Source: Acidobacteriota bacterium (lineage in GTDB: Bacteria; Acidobacteriota; UBA6911). From it: 64,000 nt of DNA. This document shows positions 58,062 to 64,000 of this stretch, in pieces. The position numbers were made by a program, and so were the translations under genes. Below the pieces are notes generated by a model. It searched no databases. It was not told the origin of the DNA and saw only the letters and a program-made list of their open reading frames with translations. The stretch spans positions 5,600,001 to 5,664,000 of the forward strand of contig OY761556.1 in the NCBI GenBank assembly GCA_963664705.1, read 5' to 3'. The first letter of the stretch is position 1. Every line of letters begins with the position of its first letter.

Positions 58062-58484
58062 ATGAATGCAGATAACCATCAAAATCAAAGGCTTACAATG
58101 CCCGGGAAACCACATCAATCAGTTCTGATTCCCTATGAAAATGAGATTGTGAGCCTGAGACGGCGCAGGCCTCCGGTTTCCTATTCAAAAATCGCTGACC
58201 TTCTGCAGCAAAAGTACAACCTGGCTATTCAGGCGCCAGCCATATTCAAATTCGTGAAAACCAGGTCTCGTGGCCGCAGAATTTATTATTACGAGAAAAA
58301 TTTAGTCACAGAGAATGCTTCGCCGGCAGTGTCGATACCGATACCGCAGCCTGCAAATAACAAAACCAGTTCACAAGACAAGCCTGTATTCGATTTTCCA
58401 TATAGCGAGCGCTACAACCTACACCGCCTGCCGCCGGAGGAAGCTGCGGCGCGACGGAAAAAACTCGAAGAGGAGGGGCACTAA
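58062..58484 (+). CDS. Putative HTH DNA-binding (relaxosome accessory) protein
   Basis: S.LIPYENEI..LRR...VSYSKIADLL...AIFKFVK; follows the repeat cluster. Confidence 0.6.
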   Translation: MNADNHQNQRLTMPGKPHQSVLIPYENEIVSLRRRRPPVSYSKIADLLQQKYNLAIQAPAIFKFVKTRSRGRRIYYYEKNLVTENASPAVSIPIPQPANNKTSSQDKPVFDFPYSERYNLHRLPPEEAAARRKKLEEEGH

Positions 58485-59227
58485 TGACTTCAATTCTATT
58501 CACAGCAGGTGCCAAAGGTGGAACGGGCAAATCCACAGCTGTCCGATTTCTGATCACATTCCTCAGGGATAACGGCATCAATCCGGTGCTGATGGATTTT
58601 GATGACGAGAACAGGACACTCTCTCGATTCTTTCCCGAGGCGCTAAAAGTTGAAATCAAGAAGAGATCGTCCCATGACGTCCTCATAGAGCGGGCTATTG
58701 AAGGCAACCAGGTCATGGTTGCGGATTTAAAGGCGGGGACTGGAAGGGAAGTGCTGGATTGGTGGCTTGATGTGCCATTTGATGAGCTCCGAGCGTTACA
58801 GGTTTCCATGGTATGCCTTGCTTCAATCACCAGTTCCCCCGACAGCGTCCAGTCATTCTTCAATTGGGTCTCTGCCCTTCAAAGTCAGGTTCGATATGTA
58901 ATCTTCAAGAACCATAAAGATGGAGAGTATCTGCCCGACTACGATTCAAGCGGTGAAGCGTTGGCCTTTAGGGAACGGTTCAAGCCATACCAGGTTATCG
59001 TGCCCCGGCTGGACGAGGAGTATATGACCGAACTGGAGCGACTGGATTTGACCATTGCGGAAGTGCTCAATTCTTCCAAGGGCAAATCGGATCGCGGAAA
59101 GGACATTGGCCCCATTCTCTGTCAACTGATGGTAAGGGCGCGTCTTCGCCGCTTCCAGCAGAACCTCTACGATCAGCTGGGTCCCATTCTTGATTTGCTC
59201 AAAATGTCAAAGCCTTCAAATCCGTAG
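58484..59227 (+). CDS. ParA/VirC1-like P-loop ATPase
   Basis: Deviant Walker A KGGTGKST, MDFD..N.T and ADL.AG. Confidence 0.75.
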   Translation: MTSILFTAGAKGGTGKSTAVRFLITFLRDNGINPVLMDFDDENRTLSRFFPEALKVEIKKRSSHDVLIERAIEGNQVMVADLKAGTGREVLDWWLDVPFDELRALQVSMVCLASITSSPDSVQSFFNWVSALQSQVRYVIFKNHKDGEYLPDYDSSGEALAFRERFKPYQVIVPRLDEEYMTELERLDLTIAEVLNSSKGKSDRGKDIGPILCQLMVRARLRRFQQNLYDQLGPILDLLKMSKPSNP

Positions 59228-59235
59228 GTGGCTGC

Positions 59236-60069
59236 ATGCCCGAGGAACAGAAGGAATCTCAATTTAAAGCGCTAGCCTCCGGCCTATCGGAGCAGCAGCA
59301 GACTGAGTTCTTTAAGACTCTGCACGAAGCGGGGATAAGCTCGAAGGATGTGGAGCTTGCCAAGCTGTTGCGCGCCCTTCAGCTTTACAAGGCTTACTAC
59401 GAAACCATCCCTGCGGCTGTCCAGAATATTGCCGCTGAAATCGACCGGTTGAAAAAGGACGCAGCGGAGTGCAGCCGGGATGCACGCCTGAGCGCAGAAA
59501 ACAGCGCTCAGCTTACCGGCCGGCTCCTCCAGGAAACCGATCGAATCCGCAAGGATTTGGGACAAGTCCATGAACAGATGGAAAAGGGCGTCAACCAGTG
59601 GTCTGCAAGCCTGGCAACCCAGACTTCTGAATTACTAAAGCTGGAAATAGAGAAGACACTTGTCCCGCCGCTTAAGGAATTGACTGGAGCGAATGAAGCA
59701 TTCGGCAAGGCATTGGTTCAAAGCCGGCAGGCGGTTGGCCTGCTGCGGGAAAACGTAGCGGTAATTCGCCGGGTTTATTTATGGATGTATGGGCTATGTG
59801 GAATCGTCGTCGTTCTTGCATTGGCCTTAAGCTCCTGGCTTTATTTGCACTACTGGTACCGGGAACAATTGGAGCAGGAGCGAGCTGCCTGTATCGGTCA
59901 GGTTGACAGGAACCGGGCGGTACTGCTCGAGCTTGCCAGATTCCATAGAACTCTTGATCTGATTAAAGATTCGAACAATCCAAAGCGGAAGCTTGTTGTC
60001 ATGAAAGATGCCTCAGGGTGGCAGGCGCCTGGGAACCTGGGAGTGATCGAATTCAGCGGAGGCAACTAA
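59236..60069 (+). CDS. Hypothetical coiled-coil membrane protein
   Basis: Coiled coil plus one TM; coupled to the T4CP gene. Confidence 0.7.
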   Translation: MPEEQKESQFKALASGLSEQQQTEFFKTLHEAGISSKDVELAKLLRALQLYKAYYETIPAAVQNIAAEIDRLKKDAAECSRDARLSAENSAQLTGRLLQETDRIRKDLGQVHEQMEKGVNQWSASLATQTSELLKLEIEKTLVPPLKELTGANEAFGKALVQSRQAVGLLRENVAVIRRVYLWMYGLCGIVVVLALALSSWLYLHYWYREQLEQERAACIGQVDRNRAVLLELARFHRTLDLIKDSNNPKRKLVVMKDASGWQAPGNLGVIEFSGGN

Positions 60070-61946
60070 TGGCGCGGGCCTATGTAGCGCATGACAGGGT
60101 TGTTACCACAGCCAGGATGTATATCCAGATGGGCGTCATCGGGTTTTTGCTGTCGGCCATCGTTTATGTGGGGGCAATGAGCGCGGTTATTGCGCACCAT
60201 GTTTCCGCTCCGATACCAGAATTGAAAGACATTGATGGAATTCCCAGACTGGTTGCTGCCCCTGAAAACCTGCGCCTCCCATTCTGTTGCTTAGTAAAAT
60301 ACTTTATTTCCCTGAATCCCAAAAACTACCTGACTCCGCAGCTCAGTTTCAGTCGAGTAACCAGGTTGGAGAAGTGGGAAACCGTGGAACCGGAATTGCG
60401 AACATTCCTTAGTGCGACTGAAGTGCCAAGAGAAGCCTATCGGAAGGCAGTCTTTTGGATTACCGAGGGCAGGGTTGAACAACTTCGCTGGATTTTCCCT
60501 TCAAGCCTGCTTTTCTTTCCTGTGTTTGGTGTTTTCTATTTTCTCACTTTCAGCTGGGTAAACAGACGCACGGAAAAGACCCGGTTTGTCCGGGGCGCGG
60601 ACTTGATGCCGTTTGAAAAAATGAAGGCGGAGTTGAGCCAGGCTATAGCGAAGGAGAATGGACCGGATCCATCGTTTGTGCCACTTTGCCTGGGTGCGGC
60701 TGAGTTGCCCGATTCCGTTTCACGCCGGCACATTTTGATTCTGGGGACATCGGGGACGGGAAAATCCGTCTGCCTGAATAATTATCTGGCTTCCGTAAAG
60801 GCCCGACGTCAGTCGGAGAAGCAGGTCAGCAAATGCGTTATCTATGATGTTAAAGGCGAGTTCTGCGGCAAGCACTGTGAAGATGATGACATCATCTTTT
60901 ATCCATTCGATAACAGATCTGTCCCCTGGAGCTTTTTTAATGAGGTTATCGATTATCCCGACCTGGATGTTTTATGTACGTCGCTTTATGAACCGCCGAA
61001 GGACTCAAAGGATGCCTATTGGTATAACGCCGCCCGCGATGTATTTCGAACGGGGTTGTTTTATTTGTACAGGGAAGGACGTAAAACGAACCGGGCTATC
61101 TGGGAATTCTTCTCCCAGCCCTTACAGCAAATCCGGAATGCTCTCTATACACTGCCAGTCCGGGAACTGGGTGCCCTGAAGCATATCGATAAGGCAGATT
61201 CAAACCAGGCGGCCTCAATCATTTCAATCCTTCAGGAACGGCTGACATTCTTTCGATATCTCACAGACCATGATGGCCCCTTTTCATTTCGCAAATTTAT
61301 CCAGGATAAAGAAGAGAAACGAAATCTGTTTCTGATGAATATCCGGCAATACGATGCTATCTTCCGGCCGCTGATGACCTTCATCATCGACATCATGATC
61401 AGGGAGGTCCTTTCGCTGACCGATAGCTTTGACCGCCGCATCACTTTTGTTGTTGATGAATTTGGGTCGCTGTCAAAGATGCCCTGCATTTTTGATTTTT
61501 TGACAATGGGCAGATCAAAGGGAGGATTTCTGGTTTTGGCCAATCAGGACCTCGGTTCTGTATCCAATGTATATGGGTCCGATCAGAAAGAAACCTTCTT
61601 CAATAACTTCAACGTGCACATGGTTTTTCGGCTGAACGATCCTACGACAGCCGATTTTCTTTCGAAGGCATTTGGAGAGCGGGAAGTAATCAAAAAGTTC
61701 CAAAGCAGCCAGTTCAGCCCAAGCGATTATGGGGATCGCTTCAGCATGAGTGAACAGGAGAAACTTGAGAAGATCATCCTTGCAACGGAGTTTCAAAGCC
61801 TCCCGGATTTCCAGGCCTATTTGAAAATTGCCAATTACGGGCTTACCAAGATGAAAACTCCGCGAAAATTCCTGCCTTCGCCCAACAAGGATTTTGAACC
61901 TCGCAATTTCGGACTGAAGGACATGTTTCCGGAAAAGTCTGCTTAG
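60069..61946 (+). CDS. Type IV coupling protein (TrwB/TraD family)
   Basis: Two TM segments; RG, HILILGTSGTGKS, YDVKGEF, VDEFGSL, GRSKG and QD. Confidence 0.93.
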   Translation: MARAYVAHDRVVTTARMYIQMGVIGFLLSAIVYVGAMSAVIAHHVSAPIPELKDIDGIPRLVAAPENLRLPFCCLVKYFISLNPKNYLTPQLSFSRVTRLEKWETVEPELRTFLSATEVPREAYRKAVFWITEGRVEQLRWIFPSSLLFFPVFGVFYFLTFSWVNRRTEKTRFVRGADLMPFEKMKAELSQAIAKENGPDPSFVPLCLGAAELPDSVSRRHILILGTSGTGKSVCLNNYLASVKARRQSEKQVSKCVIYDVKGEFCGKHCEDDDIIFYPFDNRSVPWSFFNEVIDYPDLDVLCTSLYEPPKDSKDAYWYNAARDVFRTGLFYLYREGRKTNRAIWEFFSQPLQQIRNALYTLPVRELGALKHIDKADSNQAASIISILQERLTFFRYLTDHDGPFSFRKFIQDKEEKRNLFLMNIRQYDAIFRPLMTFIIDIMIREVLSLTDSFDRRITFVVDEFGSLSKMPCIFDFLTMGRSKGGFLVLANQDLGSVSNVYGSDQKETFFNNFNVHMVFRLNDPTTADFLSKAFGEREVIKKFQSSQFSPSDYGDRFSMSEQEKLEKIILATEFQSLPDFQAYLKIANYGLTKMKTPRKFLPSPNKDFEPRNFGLKDMFPEKSA

Positions 61947-61958
61947 GGAGATCCACAA

Positions 61959-62084
61959 ATGGACAAGGAAAATATCGAAGGTAGTGCCAGGATTCTTGAT
62001 GAATTCGGGGGTGAGTGCCTCGATGGATCTGGATTTGAACATGAGATTCCCGAACCGGAGTCAGAATGGAGGAGCCCGAGATGA
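61959..62084 (+). CDS. Possible 41-aa acidic peptide coupled to ardC
   Basis: GGGAG RBS; MDKENIEGSARILDEFGGECLDGSGFEHEIPEPESEWRSPR*; ATGA overlap with ardC. Confidence 0.4.
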   Translation: MDKENIEGSARILDEFGGECLDGSGFEHEIPEPESEWRSPR

Positions 62085-63076
62085 AAAGGGACCTTCGGCA
62101 GGAAATTACTGATGACATTATTGCCGCTCTGGAAAAGGGCGTCGCACCCTGGCAGAAGCCCTGGCAAGCAGGTGCTTTTGAAATGCCGCTGAATCCTACT
62201 TCAGGGAAACCATACCGAGGAGGCAACGCAATCCATCTTATGCTGACCTCAGTGCGAAAGGGTTTTGAGGACCCGAGGTGGATTACCTATCGGCAGGCAC
62301 ATGAGAATGAATGGCAGGTTCGGAAGGGCGAAAAGGGAACACAAATAGAATTCTGGCAATTCCCCAAAACTGCTGATGACCGCCGTGAGTTTCGAGGTGA
62401 TTCAGATCGAGAACGGTTCATATATCGGGTGTATACGGTTTTTAATGCGAGCCAGATTGAGGGTATGCCTGCCCACGAACCCCGGATACGTCAAGAATGG
62501 CAGGTTATGCAGGATGCAGAAACTATCCTCCGGAATAGCGGAGCGCGAATCTATTACGATCAGCCGGACCAGGCTTTCTATAGTCGATCGAGCGACAGCA
62601 TCCATCTTCCTGTTCGTGTTGCCTTCAAAAGCGCCGGCGATTTTTACGGCACGGCACTGCATGAGCTTGGGCATTGGACCGGGCACCCGATAAGGCTGAA
62701 CAGAGAAACCTTGAACGAAAGCTATCGATTTGGAGATTTGGCGTATGCCAAGGAAGAACTCCGGGCAGAGCTGACCAGTGTTTTTCTGATGGCCGAACGA
62801 GGAATTCCCCACAATCCGGATAGCCACGCGGCTTATCTTGGTTCCTGGCTTAAGGCTTTGCGGGAAGATAAGAACGAGATTTTCCGAGCTGCCCGTGATG
62901 CTCACAGGGCTGCTGATCTTTTGATTGCCCTCGAGCTCCATAAATCGCTGGATCAGGCATTGGCAAATATTATCGGGGTTCCAGAAGCTATGAATACAAT
63001 TCCGGACTGCCCGGATGGCAGGTCGGTATCCCCAATAACTACCCAGCATGGCCACAATATCGAAATAGAATTGTAG
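62081..63076 (+). CDS. ardC: ArdC antirestriction protein (DUF1738 plus zincin-like MPTase)
   Basis: PWQKPW, YRGGN, RWITYRQ, VRKGEKG, VFNASQ, HELGHW and YAKEELRAEL. Confidence 0.93.
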   Translation: MKRDLRQEITDDIIAALEKGVAPWQKPWQAGAFEMPLNPTSGKPYRGGNAIHLMLTSVRKGFEDPRWITYRQAHENEWQVRKGEKGTQIEFWQFPKTADDRREFRGDSDRERFIYRVYTVFNASQIEGMPAHEPRIRQEWQVMQDAETILRNSGARIYYDQPDQAFYSRSSDSIHLPVRVAFKSAGDFYGTALHELGHWTGHPIRLNRETLNESYRFGDLAYAKEELRAELTSVFLMAERGIPHNPDSHAAYLGSWLKALREDKNEIFRAARDAHRAADLLIALELHKSLDQALANIIGVPEAMNTIPDCPDGRSVSPITTQHGHNIEIEL

Positions 63077-63267
63077 CTGAGAGAAATCACAGCGCTGACA
63101 GCACAGGATAGTGTGCCTATAGACAATACATGCCAACGGATCCAGATCATCTGCGCGGTCGGATAGAAATGCCGCCAACTGAACGGGTCAAAAGGCCATT
63201 GGGAAATCGTGGGATTTCCCGAATCTCCTGACTGCGGTAGAAAAGAGCGATGCTGTGCCAGTCTTAC

Positions 63268-63951
63268 TCAATTTGGCTGTGAGCTTTCGCTTGGAACATG
63301 ACTCTTTTCGTTCTGCCGTGATTTACTCTTTCTGTTGGCCTTGTTCAATGAGTTGTTCTCACGCGAAAATAGTTTTCCCAGCAAGGTGCTTTCAAATGAT
63401 GAAAAAAGCCATTCGGAGAATCCAACGAGCAGCGCGAGACTCAAAATCATCGGCAGATAAAGAGTCGAAGAACTATCGGCTGTGTTGAAGTTCTTTATAA
63501 CGCCTGCAATGGACTGTGGCTATCCATCGAAGGTGAAACTGAGGCTGAGGATACCTGAAGCCAGAAAGCCGAAGCCAATCATCGATGCGAGCGCTCCTGT
63601 GGCAGCTCTCCCAAAGATATCTAGCATCGTTGTCACATTTTCCCCATAATCCATAATGCGAGGGAACTTCAGAAGCACATTGACACATGCCCCGCAAACT
63701 CCAGCCACTAGGAACCCGGGGATCAGCTGACTTCGATTGAGCAGCATGATGGAGGCCACCAGACTGTATATGGCAATAACCGAAGATACAGAGTTCAATA
63801 TCAAATAGCTGCGGTTGGCCCAATCGACATAACCTTCCCTGGAATCATGCTCTTCCAAAATACTATAAAAAATCAGTAAATTTCGCGGCTTTTCCTCCCT
63901 TGTTAGGTTCTTTCCCCTCTCGCGAATTGCAGTCACAAAGAGTGCAAACAA
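63268..63951 (-). pseudogene. Membrane-protein gene interrupted by an in-frame TAG at 63520-63522
   Basis: ORFs 63520-63951 and 63268-63450 share a frame; the sequence between them is open (PQSIAGVIKNF...GFSE). Confidence 0.6.
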
Positions 63952-64000
63952 ACGGCGCTAGAAACTACGATGATTTATCCTCACATCGCCAAACGCGCAC

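Noticed and set aside
63972-64000. Array site at the window end (minus strand GCGATGTGAGGATAAAT)
   Set aside because: Weak resemblance, and truncated by the window boundary.

Overview
A 64-kb accessory region, probably from an Acidobacteriota genome (TIGR03435 protein, acidobacterial-type PadR, GWxTD-like segment). It has three parts. (1) 1-10 kb: a decayed defence-like mosaic with an SF1 helicase-PLD-Zn-finger fusion, a SeqA/Mrr_N-like protein, a PD-(D/E)xK protein, a frameshifted NHL/pilin-like fragment abutting an hsdR 3' remnant, a DUF349 protein, a possible tRNA-Gly scar and a serine resolvase. (2) About 10.8-33 kb: a run of unrelated one- or two-gene cargo units. Nearly every intergenic gap carries a copy of a degenerate 35-48 bp site (AATTACCATTTTGGC-GTTATCTCCGCGAA-N6-TTCAGGA[A/C]AATAAC) with a dif-like arm-6-arm layout that is not attC. 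Two apparently identical 3,439-bp elements, each encoding two tyrosine recombinases, sit exactly at the spacer of two sites, and their joined ends form a perfect 13-7-13 palindrome. I interpret this as a candidate integron-like cassette system that uses neither IntI nor attC. An IS21 is also present. (3) 33-63 kb: a conjugative element backbone with RecD2, a DUF3854/DUF3631 replicase, AlpA, RadC, a sigma-like regulator, a VirB-type T4SS, RepB-like primase, MOBF relaxase, T4CP and ArdC. All family calls come from reading motifs by eye; no database searches were run.
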